A stretch of DNA of 64,000 nt from Heterodontus francisci (Eukaryota). Positions 37,342-49,935 of the stretch are shown here, piece by piece (positions within the stretch are counted from its first letter, which is position 1; each line of letters begins with the position of its first letter). The notes beneath the pieces were generated by a model. That model did no database searches. It was given only the letters and a program-made list of their open reading frames with translations, and was not told where the DNA came from. The stretch is taken from the NCBI RefSeq assembly GCF_036365525.1, contig NC_090404.1, forward strand, positions 1,426,001 through 1,490,000, written 5' to 3'. The position numbers and the translations under genes were made by a program.

Positions 37342-38459
37342 TGGTGTTAGATACAGAGTAAAGCTCCCTTTATACTGTCCCCATCAAACACCCCCAAAAG
37401 AGAAAAAGAAAAAAAAAAGGGGCTAGATACAGAGTAAAGCTCCCTCTACACTGTCCCCATCAAACACTCCCAGGACAGGTACAGCACGGGAGTTAGATAC
37501 ATAGTAAAGCTCCCTCTACACTGTCCCCATCAAACACTCCCCAGGACAGGTACAGCACGGGGGTTAGATACAGAGTAAAGCTCCCTCTATACTGTCCCCA
37601 TCAAACACTCCCAGAACAGGTACAGCACGGGGGTTAGATACAGAGTAAAGCTCCCTCTACACTGTTCCCATCAAATACTCCCAGGACAGGTACAGTACGG
37701 GGTTAGATACAGAGTAAAGCTACCTCTACACTGTCCCCATCAAACACTCCCAGGACAGGTACAGCACGGGGGTTAGATACAGAGTAAAGCTCCCTCTACA
37801 CGGAAAAAAAGGGGGAAAAAAAAAAGAAAAAAAAAACGGGGGAAAAAAAACGGGGTTAGATACAGAGTAAAGCTCCCTCTACACTGTCCCCATCAAATAC
37901 TCCCAGGACAGGTACAGTACAGGGTTAGATACAGAGTAAAGCTCCCTCTACACTGTCCCCATCAAATACTCCCAGGACAGGTACAGTACGGGGTTAGATA
38001 CAGAGTAAAGCTCCCTCTACACTGTCCCCATCAAATACTCCCAGGACAGGTACAGTACAGGGTTAGATACAGAGTAAAGCTCCCTCTACACTGTCCCCAT
38101 CAAATACTCCCAGGACAGGTACAGTACGGGGTTAGATACAGAGTAAAGCTCCCTCTACACTGTCCCCATCAAATACTCCCAGGACAGGTACAGTACAGGG
38201 TTAGATACAGAGTAAAGCTCCCTCTACACTGTCCCCATCAAATACTCCCAGGACAGGTACAGTACGGGGTTAGATACAGAGTAAAGCTCCCTCTACACTG
38301 TCCCCATCAAATACTCCCAGGACAGGTACAGTACAGGGTTAGATACAGAGTAAAGCTCCCTCTACACTGTCCCCATCAAATACTCCCAGGACAGGTACAG
38401 TACGGGGTTAGATACAGAGTAAAGCTCCCTCTACACTGTCCCCATCAAACACTCCCAGG
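37342..38459. repeat. 69-bp satellite, right part, with poly(A) interruptions
   Basis: Same unit as 26503-27203; period 69 (gggttagat at 37922, 37991, 38060). Confidence 0.97.
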
Positions 38460-40543
38460 TTTGTTACTTCTGGACACATGTAGTTCTACAGGTTTGAAAG
38501 CAAACTGCTGCAGTTTGATACCAAGCCTCAAACAAATAGAAAGTTTAACCCAGAAGGTCAGAATGTCTGAGGTCCTAATTGTGGGAATCTGCATGTCTGT
38601 TATTGCGTGAAAGAAAGACAAGATTTGCTGAATTTCAATACTTTCTAACACTCAGTGATGGAATGAATACATTTTGCCTTATTTGTGAAGTCAGTGACAA
38701 GTCTGGGTTGGATTAGGAACAAATGTGTTTTATATTTCTGATGTTTTATTGAGCTTTACTTTTCAAGCTTTTAGTTTATCACCCAAGGAAGTGCTGAGCT
38801 TATTCCATATCATTCTTTATCATCCAACTGGGTTAGATATCAAAACACCCTTGTTCTATTAACCAACATTGATAGTCATGCATTACAAGTGGTTGTGAAA
38901 GAAAGAACTTGCATTTCTACAGCACCTTTTATGATCTAGGATGTCCCTGAGTGCTTTACAGCCAATGAAATACTTGTGAAGTGTTGTCAGTGTTGTCATG
39001 TAGGGAAAGTGTCAGCCAATTTGTGCACAGCAGGATCCCATGAACAACAACATGAAAATGGCCAGATAATCTGTTTTTAGCGATGTTGGTTGAGGGATAA
39101 ATATTGGCCAGGACATCAGGGAGTCAGTTTAATGTCTCATCCAAAAGACAGCACCTCCCACAGTGTAGCATTCCCTCACCACTGCACTGGTATGCTCGTG
39201 TAGATTTTGTCCTCAAGTCTCTGGTGTGGGACCTGAACCCACAGCTATCTAACTCCAAGGAATGAGTGTGAGCACTGAGCCACAGCTGAATGGGTGACTA
39301 CTGTCCGTTTTACATCACCCAAAATGAACATTATCTCATTCCTCTCTGCCAAAGGAAAGAACACCAGGCTGCTTAATCTTTCCCCCCATACTCAACTTCC
39401 TGGATCTGTATCACAGTAAACTCTCCTGGACCAGAATGTCCTCTGCCACGACTGGATGATCCAGAATTTCACACAGATCTCCACATGGAGTTTCACCAAC
39501 CAACAATACAATGGGGGGTGAATTTGGTGAAGGCTGTAGCAGAATTCAGGAGATAACAAATACCTGTCCAGACTTTCTATCCCACTGACTCCAATAGGAA
39601 AGAGAATGGGACAGAGAGTAACCCAGGCTGCTGATTCACTCTCAACTGATTTACACAATCACCCAAGACCAGTTTCACCCCCAGTATCTTTTTATAAATC
39701 TAGCTCTCTGCTGATACAGCCAAGCTCGTGTTTAGCCTCTTTACAGCAGCAACATGCTGAGTCTCAGGGATTTATCAAAGTTATCCCCTAGATCCATTTC
39801 CTGATCACCACGTCACAACACCGTTTGATCCGCAATGAATTACACTTACCGTCCACTGGTCCCACGATGTAAATGATGTTGACTGATATTATCAAACCAC
39901 CCACACTGGAAACGCTCAGCACCTCAGACAGCATCTGTGGAGAGAGAAACAGAGTAAACACTTCAGGTCGATGACTCTTCATCAGATCTCTTTTATTCAG
40001 ATTTCCAGCACCCACAGTAGTTTGATTTTCTTTTACTGTTTATAAAAAAAGGGCTTGAATTGATACATCGCCTAGCATAACTGCAGTGCTTCCCAAAGGG
40101 CTTCACAGCCAATGAAATGCTTTTGAAGTGCAGTCACGATTATAATCTAGGGAAACACGGCAGCCAATCTGTACACAGCAAGATCCCATAAAGCAACGAG
40201 GTAATGACGAGATGCTCTGTTTTAGTGATGTTGGATGAGGAATGAATATTGGCCAGGACACTGGGGAAAACACCCCTGCTCTTATTCGAAATAGTGTCGT
40301 AGAATCTTTTACATCCCACCTGAGAGGAGAAAGACGGCACCTCTGGCACTGCAGCACTGCCTCAGCACTGCACTAGAGTGTCAGTCTGTGATATCTCATT
40401 AACAGTTTCCAGGCTTGCACTCTGAAATCCAGCTTTATTTTCCTCATTCACACTGCTTTCCTTTCTTGTATAATAGGTACATTCAAGGAGGTTCTTTCTC
40501 CAGAAAACAACATTTTGGAAGACAGTATATGAGTAATTTCAGG

Positions 40544-41487
40544 TGTCATGCAGGCCCCCACCTGTCAAGAATGAGGCATATTAATTTTGCCAGATGAACA
40601 TTGATTTTAAACTGTTACTGGAGTAAAGAAAGAACTTGTTAAAAAAAACCACAATGGACCCCTGGCTGGAAATACATTTTTGCATATTTACACCCTGTGC
40701 TTAAAAGGGACCAAGGACCATTTCCTGACACATTCAACCCACAATGGACTTTTGATTACCAGACGTTGAAGGTGGAGGAGCTTGCATTCCAGGTTGACCG
40801 CTAAGATGGCCGTGTACGCAAACGGGCATGGTCACATCAGCTAGTCACATGACTAACCTGCTGGGCCACCTGAATTTTTTTTAAATTTGAACTTGCCACA
40901 GAGTTTTGAACTGAGAAAGCTGTTTGCCCCGGTTTGAAAAGATTTCTCCTGCCTTGGCTCTCCATCTCTTTCTCATGGAACTCCAAAGCCCACTGAAGAC
41001 ACATGAACCTCAAAGGGAGGAAAGTCTCTTACATTGAACAGGGTTTAAGAAGAATACTGGGCCCCAACGAAAAGCAAGACCTACCTACAATCAAAAACTC
41101 TACAGCGAGCTCAAAGCACAGTAACAGTAAAAAAAAGACCCTTCAGAGACTGCCTCAAACTTTTCACTTTATTTTTCTTCTGCTCTTTTCTGTCCCTGTT
41201 TGCATGTGTGTATCACACATGCATGCTAGCATGGGCGTGTTGGGTATCCGTAGGAGTTAACCAAATTAGAGTTTAAGTAAATTTAATAAAAATTTCAACG
41301 TTTCTTCTTTAAACCTAAGAAAGCCTGTTTGTGCTGGTTTCTTTGCTTTATAATTGGAAAGAGGTGAACAAGGATTCACCAAGGGGGAGCTAAAAACACA
41401 GTGTGTTTAAAATTAAACCCTGTTATAGTAAGACCAGGTGAAGACTGAAAGGGAACCTCTAGACTACTTTCTCACCTGGTCGTAACA
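40544..41487 (+). mobile_element. Solo LTR (Gypsy/Gmr1-like termini)
   Basis: tgtcatgc...ggtcgtaaca with a perfect 4-bp TSD cagg (40540-40543 and 41488-41491). It splits a repeat whose uninterrupted relative is at ~53070-53345. Confidence 0.88.
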
Positions 41488-44240
41488 CAGGATGAATGTG
41501 TGGTGAGTGTAGCATGTTTGGGAAGAATTGAGGAAGTTGAATCTATGGTTTCCAAAGCTCTCCAGCACTGAGATTTCCTCACCACATGTCTGGGTCTGTT
41601 GTAGACTAATCGATAGAGATTGATTGCTATGATTAGTCCATAACTCCGTTCTCGTATCACATCTACCAGGATGGCAAAAGGCCATCTCAATGGACCTTGG
41701 TCATTTTTTGGTCCAGTAATTTCTATGTTCCTAAGCCGCTCATGTTTATGAAAAATAGCAAGGTTCCTAAGACCAAAGATAGCTTTATATCCCTTTCATG
41801 AGCCATTTCAAACCCATCAGTGTGTTTCCAGATTGTCGATCTGGCATCATATCTGACGGTTACTGTTCAGTGACACTTTACCTATGGCACGGATTGGTTT
41901 GTGTGGCTGTTTAACAGAAGCTGTATTACCAACAGCCAGAATTAGATTGTGCCACACCAGTAAATTACCAGTTAGTTTTAACCTGAGTAATCTAGAAGGA
42001 TTGAGAAAGAGAAACAAATTCTCTCTTCTGCTCTCCTTTCTATCCCTGTGAATCACGTGCATTAACCCAATAGTGCAAAATTCTTGTAAAACTATCAAAA
42101 TTGTTAACTATGAAAAGGATGTTTAACCATACAGCTGTAAATGTTAACCATTTTGTTAAATCAAGTCCATTGTGATTTGCAAGCTTTCTGTCTTCTCCCT
42201 GAAAACAAGATTTCAACAATATATCCCCTACTTCTTGAACAAACCTGTGTGTAAAGTAAATATTTGATCATTCTGCTACTCCCTTGACTGCAAATTCCAG
42301 AGTCCCACCTTATTTTTTCTTGTTTTCAGTCTGCTCACTTTATAATCACTGTATTATATCTGAAATCTGTCTGTCATTGCTAATGATCTTGCTCTCATAT
42401 ATTGGTTCCCTCAGCTTCTCCAATTTTAACTACCATTGTTTTTCCAGCCACTTTTTCAGTTCTGCAGGGCCCTTACATGCTCTTGGCTTTCTACTGACCC
42501 TTTTAACATAACTCATCATTAGGGAACTGACTGGATTGGGCACAACATTGCTTTCACACCCTGTCCAATGTACCAGTCCATTGAAGCCAGTGGAGAGTAA
42601 TATTGGGATAGGTGTAAAACCGGTGTTCCACTGATCCTGCAGCTTTCCCGCCCGGTGAGTTCGGTTAAAGTTGCCCAACGTTGACCTTTGCATTGGCCTC
42701 CATTTCCCATCCATCCACTGTAGTTTGCCCCCACTGAATTCCCATTATAGCCTCATTAATAATTCCTGAACTTCCCTCTACCTTTCCACTGAGAATCTCC
42801 AAACTATTCATTGGCCTTTGTTGCTTCTTTAACTGATCTCACACTTACTCCTGCAATCTTGCAGCACAGAAGGAGGCCAGTCCTTTCTCTCACACTCTAG
42901 TGAACTGGTCTATTCGGATCACCGCATGTAAACAAGTCCTCAGCTTTGGCCTCAACTATCAAACCTTGTCCCTTACTGAAAACAAAAAAAACGGAATAGC
43001 CAATGAGCACATTAGATGTTGAGGAGAAAATGGAATAAGACTGCAATCCTGCAAAACCTCTTACTGTCTCTTCATCGTCCTTTCTCTGTCTGATACTTGC
43101 TCTCTTTCTCTCTTACCCTCTGTCCTTTCTCTCACACTCCTTTCCTTTTCTGTCATTCTCCATCTCTATCCCTTTCTCTCTGTTACTCTCTCCATCTCTA
43201 ACCTGCACAACCTCTACATTCATTTGCTCCTCAGTTTTTGATCATTTTTCCTCCACCTACACCTCAGTCAAAATCTGGGAATTGAATCACATGTAACATT
43301 CTGTTTTTTAACATAGCTCTCTGTACAGTTAAACTATTCCCCTCGTATCCTCGCCCTATGTCCAGTTCAGTAACAATAGCCATTGATTGCCTTCTTACTT
43401 TATTGTCCTTGACCTCACTGTACCTCCACCACCTCAGCTTAAATTTTCTTTTTAATTTCTTATGCCTGTGTGGCTGGTATTTATTACCCATCTTTAGGTG
43501 CCCTGAGGTACATTAAGAGTCAGTCATGTGGTTGTGGGACTGGAGTCACATGTAGGCCCAGCCCAGGGAGGATTGGCAGGTTCCCTTCCCTGAAGGACTT
43601 TATTGAACCAGTTGGGATTTTTACCGCAATCCGTCAGCTTCTCCCAATTATTTTATCTGGTGCCAGTCCAGATAAATCACCTGATTTAATTGGTCTCAAT
43701 TTGCCATGGTGGGATTTGTACTCACCACTTCTTACACAATGTATTCTTCTGGGTCCTATTTCCTTTCTTACCCATATTACAGTTCCCTCCAGATTATATA
43801 TATCACTCGTGTAGACTCTGTGGTATTTTAATCTCAAACAATGTCACCTCTAAACAAGTCTTTGTGATTTGAATAATTCTGGTATCAAACTGTTCCATTT
43901 CTGTGAATTGTCATCTGGTGCTAACAGTCCGATGGGAAACATTAATGGGTTTAGGAGGACAGACAGGGTCTGAAAGATGGCAGCTCAGACAGTGGAACAC
44001 TCCCTCAGTACTGCACTGGAGTGTCAGCCAAGAATATGTGCTCAATTTTCTGCAGTGAACTTGAAGCCACAACCTTCTGAGTTAGGGGCAGGAGTGAAAC
44101 CAACTGAGCCACATCTGAGAATAGAAACTCTAAACTTCTTGTGTAACAGTGCACTTGTTTTCAGAAATGGCTGCTTTTTTATATATAACAAAATGCATTT
44201 GTTTACTGGACTTATCTGTGTGCATCTATTTATGTTTCAG

Positions 44241-44561
44241 TTACCCAGTCTGTACCATCGGTCTACATCTCCAACCCTTCCTGTGGCACAAGCTCCAACC
44301 AAGATGAGATAAGCCTCCTCTGCCTGGTCAAGGACTTTCAGCCCGGCAGCATCAGTCAGACATGGTCCAGTGACAGTGGGGCCATTTCCACTGGAATCAA
44401 GAAGTATCCGGCAGTCTTGGGGAAGAATATGAAATACACAATGAGCAGTGTGCTCAAAGTCTCTGCGTCCGATTGGAATTCCAATAAGGTCTACTACTGT
44501 AAAGCAGGGTACAAGTCAAATGACATGGTGGCAGCTCAGACCCGAAAACCTCAACCTAAAC
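44241..44561 (+). CDS. IgW: IgW CH1 exon (missed by the ORF track)
   Basis: tttcag| acceptor. (V)[106 protein letters not shown]. Donor C|gttagt; 321 nt, phase 1-1. Confidence 0.95.
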
Positions 44562-45653
44562 GTTAGTACAAGACATTATTTGCCATTTCAAACTGCACTG
44601 GTGTTGGGGGGTGAAAGCAGACAAGGAACCTTCACCAGCCAGTGTAGGAAGTTGTTGCACAATAGACCTGAATGAATTCATGTGCTCATGTATTGTAACC
44701 CTGTATCCCAGCAGTGCTGCTGGTAACAAAACAAAGGACAAAGAGAAATCACATGAAATTGGACAAAGGCAGGGACACAATATCATCGGAACTGCATTTT
44801 CCGCCTGTGATATAACAAGCCCGATATTCAGTCCTACTGAAGTCAATGAAACTGAATATCAGACTGAGTGTAAAATAGGTGACCGATGCCATACCACCTG
44901 AATTACATTTAAACCCATGTCCAATTTTAGAGCCTCCCCCTGCACCCCACCCCCCCCACCCCCGCTCCCGCCATCCCATCCACCACTCCTCCATTTCCAC
45001 CCCAACTCCCAATCAGTTCCTGGTTCAGAGCCATTCAGCACATCGCACCAGTGCCAATATTATCAGAGGTATCAAATCAGTCCCACTCCTCTGCTATTTC
45101 CTCACAGCTCTGCAAATTTTTCCTGTTCCAAATATTTATCCAAATCCCTTTTGAAAAATACCAGTGAATCTGATCCACCAGCCTCTTTCAGGCAGTGCAT
45201 TCCAGATGTGTTTACAAAGAGAAACCCACCTACCAGTTATCTTAAATCTGTGATTATCAATCCTGCCACCAATGGGAAACAGTTTTTCCCATCTACTGCT
45301 ATACATGAGGAGACATGAACACATGTAGGCCAGTCAGCTCCTTGACTTTGCTCCATCAGTCAATTCAATCATGGCTGACCTATACCTCAGCTCTATTTAC
45401 TCCCCTTTGCTCCATATCAGTGTAGAATGGGATACTCTGCTTGGCAGACCACAGGTATACTGCCAGCTCTCCCAATCCCCACACTCTCCAGCAGTCAGGA
45501 CAGTTCTTATCTTGGCAGCCTGTTCACAGGCAAACTAGCATCATTAGGAAGGGGTTGATATCGTAATGGTTACTCTAGATGTTGAAGGAATGGATTACAT
45601 CTTTGCTGCGATCAAAACAATTGTATAATCTGAAATATTGCAATGTCTTACAG

Positions 45654-45959
45654 CTCAAGCTCCGAAGCTCATTCCCCTTGTTCCATCCCTGGAGGTTGTC
45701 TACAATCAAACTACTGCCGTCCTGGGCTGTGTAATATCCGGATACTCTCCTGACAGTGTACAGGTTTCCTGGAAGAAAGCCAGAGTGGATCAATCAGGTG
45801 TTGTTCTCCATTCCAAACAGAGAAGTGACTCTACCTTTGAAACGGTCTCTTACCTGACAGTGCCTGTGGTGGAATGGACCACAGGGGTTGTCTACACCTG
45901 TGAAGTGTCTCACGCAGATTCGAACTTCAATGACAGGATCAGCATGAGGTACCGAGACG
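45654..45959 (+). CDS. IgW: IgW CH2 exon
   Basis: ttacag| acceptor. QAPKLIPLVPS...AVLGCVISGYSPD...VSWKK...YTCEVSH...MRYRD. Donor G|gtaagt; 306 nt. Confidence 0.95.
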
Positions 45960-46704
45960 GTAAGTGGTGTCTGAGGGTGTAAAAAGAATATACTGTCAGT
46001 AATTCAGAGGCTCGCCCTCAATTTGTGAATCACTGTCCCTAATACCGCCCTTGTTGGAAGAGGAAAGATGTTTAGTATTTTGTGTTTTGATATTGAACCA
46101 CCACTCAAAGAGTGTAATTTTAACTAAGCTCCGTGCGGGGAACTCCTGGGACCGGGTTGGCTGCTTATTTACACCTTCATCCAATTTTACTCTCTATGAC
46201 TTCAATGGAAAGGAAAAAGAGGACAAGGTGTGAAATGGTCCATCTGATACCGTCCTATCAGATCCCGTCCCATCTGATACCGTCCCATGTGATACTGTCC
46301 CATCTGATACCATCCACAGTTCAAATCACCTCCGACCTGTTCCTTTTCTACTGCCTCCCAAATGTTGTTTTATGAAAGAAATCTTTCCAATTTTGCAAAT
46401 GAATGAATTTCCATGATCTGCTTCCACCATCTCCAGAGGGAGCCTGTTCCATAGACTGATCACTCGCTGAACTCTTGGCTCCCTATATTAGTTTTGCATT
46501 GATCCCACTCCCCCTTCAAGTACATGAAGTGTCCTCTGGCCCTACTATTCTGGACAAGGTGAACCAGCTTCTCATCGTCTACATGATCCTAAAAATACAG
46601 GATGGAGCAGAGTTCAGCAGCCGTGCGGAGCTCCTAATTTCCCAGCACGGGGGAGGGGAGGTGAAATTGTATAACACTTAAATCTGCAACTCTTCCAATT
46701 CCAG

Positions 46705-46877
46705 GTGGAACCGTAAATCTTCCTGTTCCGGGTGGAAACACTCCCTGCACTTGTCCTCCTTGCTCTTGTTCTGGGTGTATGCCGAAGCTTGTTTACCAGA
46801 CTGACCTTAATGTGACCCTTGAAAATGGAGGCCAGCTCCAATATAACTGTCACCAACAAACGTGCAAAATAAAGTGA
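46705..46877 (+). CDS. IgW: IgW short-form Cys-rich secretory tail exon (missed by the ORF track)
   Basis: ttccag| acceptor, phase 1. (G)GTVNLPVPGGNTPCTCPPCSCSGCMPKLVYQTDLNVTLENGGQLQYNCHQQTCKIK* has 7 Cys and an NVT sequon, and resembles the known skate IgX / shark IgW-short tail. Confidence 0.92.
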
Positions 46878-47929
46878 TTGGTTGTGAATGGAATTGGCCG
46901 TTGAATTTTATTACAAACCATTTGGTAGGTTTAAATCCAGCCCATGGTGTCTGTCTGGGTGAAAGTGTAAACAGTGTGAGAAGTTACAGCCCGAGCTTGG
47001 GTTCCTCACCCAACCCACTCCTTGTATAAATGGTCATTTTCTTTTTGTGACCTGTGGTGGATCAGGTTGAATAGGGTCTCGGCCACACCACTTGACCATC
47101 ACCTCTCAGGACTGACTCTAGTTGACAAAAATTGGAAGCCTCTTTGTTACCCAGCGAGGCCGTGGGGTTGGGAGGTGGTGATGGAGGAGGCAGGGTGATG
47201 AGAAATATCACATTGATCCAGTAACAGGGAGGATTAACCCTCAATGATGTTTGTCCTGAGGCAAATTGATGATTTAGGACACAAAGATTTAACTGGTGCC
47301 ATGAACGACCTGGTAGGTTTTGGATAAAAACTCTGATCAGCAGAAACAGAAAGAGTTCCCTTCACTCCCCAAACCTAGGTACTGATGTCAGCAGGGGGAG
47401 GTGGTGGCAGTGTAGTAGAATATCACTAGATTAGTAAACCAGAGCCCCAGGCTAATGCCCTGGAGAAATGGGTTCAAATCCTTCCACGGCAAATAGTGAA
47501 ATTTGAATTCAATTAATTAAAAAACAAATCTAGTGGTGACCATGAAACAATTAATGATTGTTGTAAAATCCCATCTGGTTCACTAATGCCCTTCAGGGAA
47601 GGAAATTTGCCATCTGTACCTGGTCTGGCCGACATGTAACTCCAGACCCACAGCAATGGGGTTGACTCTGAAATGGCCTAGCAAGCCACTCAGTTGTATT
47701 AAACTGGTACAAAGTCTAAAAAGAGGAATGAAACTGGATGGACCACCCAACCTCGGTACTGGAAACGGCAAACCCAGCCCTGTTGACCCTGCAAAGTCCT
47801 CCTTACTAACAACTGCGGGCTTGTGCCAAATTTGGGAGAGCCGTCCCACAGACTAATCAAGAAACACCCCTGACATATTATACTCATGGAATCATACCTT
47901 GCAGACAATGTCCCAGACCCACCAAGTTC

Positions 47930-49190
47930 ACGGGCAGGAGGCATCTGTTCAAAAGGGACGGGTTACATCCAAAGAGGACTGGACCAATGTCATCACAGGG
48001 AGGTTCACTGGTGTCATTGGGAAGGGTTTAAACTAAATTGGAAGGGGCCTGCGCACCTGCATATCAAAGTAGAAAAGAGGAATAATGTACATAAAGGAGT
48101 GGGAGTCTTGGATAGTGCTCGAGAAGGAAGTAGTACGACATCAGATAGAAGCTGACAAAAAAAAAGGAAGATGAAGAATACAAAGACAGGTTTAGAAAAC
48201 ATGTATGTAACGCACAAAGTGTGGTGAATAGGGAAGATAAACTACACGTGCAAATAGCCATGTGGGAATATGATGTCGTGGTAATAACAGAAACGTGGCT
48301 TAAAAATGTTGCGACTAGACATTGAATCGTCAAGGATAGAAAGTGCTCAGAAAAGATAAGGAAGGAAAAAAGGAAGATGGTGTGACAGCACTGTTTAGGG
48401 AAGATATTGTAGTGTTGAAAGGAGAGGATGTCCTTGAGTGGGCAAGGACGGAATCCATTTGTTTAGATTTGAGAAGCTAAAAGTGTATGATCACACTACT
48501 GGGGAGGGGATTCTATTGGCCTCCGAATTGTGAGAGAGAGACAGAGGAGCAAATCTGCAGGAAAATCACAGAAATGTGCAAGAACAATAGAGTGGTGATA
48601 CTGGGGGGCTTTGATTACCCAAATATTGATTGGGATCATGTTAGAGTAAAGGGAAAGGAGCAGGAGGAATTTCTGAAATGTGTTCAGGAGAATTTCCTTG
48701 ACCAGTATGTTTTTGTCCAACCAGGCTGGATTTAGTGCTGAGGAATGAGATGGGCCAAGTGGACAAAGTGTCTGTGGGAGAACACTTGGGGATGAGTGAT
48801 CATCGTATCATAAGGTTTAGATTAATAATGGAGAAGAGCAAAGAACAATCGAAAGTAAAACTTCTAAATTGGAAGAGGGCTAACTTGAATGGGATGAGAG
48901 GGGATCCAGCCAGGGTAAAATGGAACCAAAGTTTGACAGGAAAAACTGTAACGAAACAAAGGATGATCTTTAAGGAAGAGATATTTCAGGTATAGGTTGG
49001 GTACATTCTAACAAGTGGGAAAAGCAGGGGAACAAAAGCTAGGGTTCGTTGGATGACGAAGGAGACAGATAATATGATGAAACAAAAAACAAGGGTGTAT
49101 GATGCACATCAGGTGAAATCTTCAAGTGAGAACCAGGCCAAATAAGTTGAGGGGAAGTGAAGAGGAAAATGAGACTGGAAAAGATCAGAC
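47930..49190 (+). mobile_element. Degenerate CR1-type LINE (endonuclease region)
   Basis: YDVVVITETWL, VVILGGFDYPNIDW, FLKCVQENFLDQYV and HLGMSDHRIIRF. Confidence 0.85.
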
Positions 49191-49299
49191 AGGCTGTTGA
49201 AGGTAACAGAGATAGGGAGAGGTGAGGCCATCGATCCACGGCCCCACACGGGGGCTGCAAGTAAACAAGCATTTATTCAGCTGTTTCTTTTGCTGAGCA

Positions 49300-49336
<37 letters not shown>

Positions 49337-49820
49337 GTCCATTTCACAAACTGGACATTGCATTTTATTAACATCACCACATCTAAATGTCACTCAGCCC
49401 CACAATTCAATTGCAGTCCCCAGTGAGGATCTATTGGTCACAGTTGTGACAAACTGATTCAAAACAGATCTGGTGGGTTCCAGATGCTCTGATTATGTTT
49501 TCTCAATCAAAACATAAAAGCTAAGAAATTCAAGATAACTTTTAAATAACCCTGGGATTTTCTAATGTTCAATTTGCTACAAATTTAGCTGCAGTATCGC
49601 TTGATCCAATATCAGCCCAAGATATTATCTATTATAAAGGATTCTGTCTTCACCTTCCATCACATCATCTTTTTTATTCATTTCATGGGATGTGGGCATC
49701 ACAGGCAAGGCCAGCATTTGCTGCTCATCCCTAATTGCCCCTGAGAAAGTGAAGGTGCTGCCTTCTTGAACTGCTGCAGAGCATCTGGTGCAGGTACACC
49801 CATAGGGCTGTTAGGGAGCC

Positions 49821-49935
49821 AGTTACTACCTAACTGTGAGTACAGAGGAGTGAAGGAAGGGTTCAATCTTCAACTGCACAGTGTCTCATCCACCCTCCAA
49901 CTACAAAACCAGCAAGGAGGTGAACAATGTCCAAG
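49821..49935 (+). pseudogene. Decayed 3' third of an Ig constant exon (probably IgW CH4)
   Basis: SYYLTVSTEE*RKGSIFNCTVSHPPSNYKTSKEVNNVQ-G|gtagga shows the C1-set E/F/G strand pattern. The conserved Trp codon is TGA (49851-49853). The 5' part is replaced by a repeat fragment at ~49670-49820. Confidence 0.88.

Noticed and set aside
39380-39900. Unique-looking intronic stretch with a minus-strand gtaagt donor near 39849
   Set aside because: No coherent reading frame or recognisable homology.
45960-45982. CH2 read-through tail GKWCLRV* as a secretory end
   Set aside because: There is a strong gtaagt donor and a dedicated tail exon downstream, and no nearby poly(A) signal was seen.
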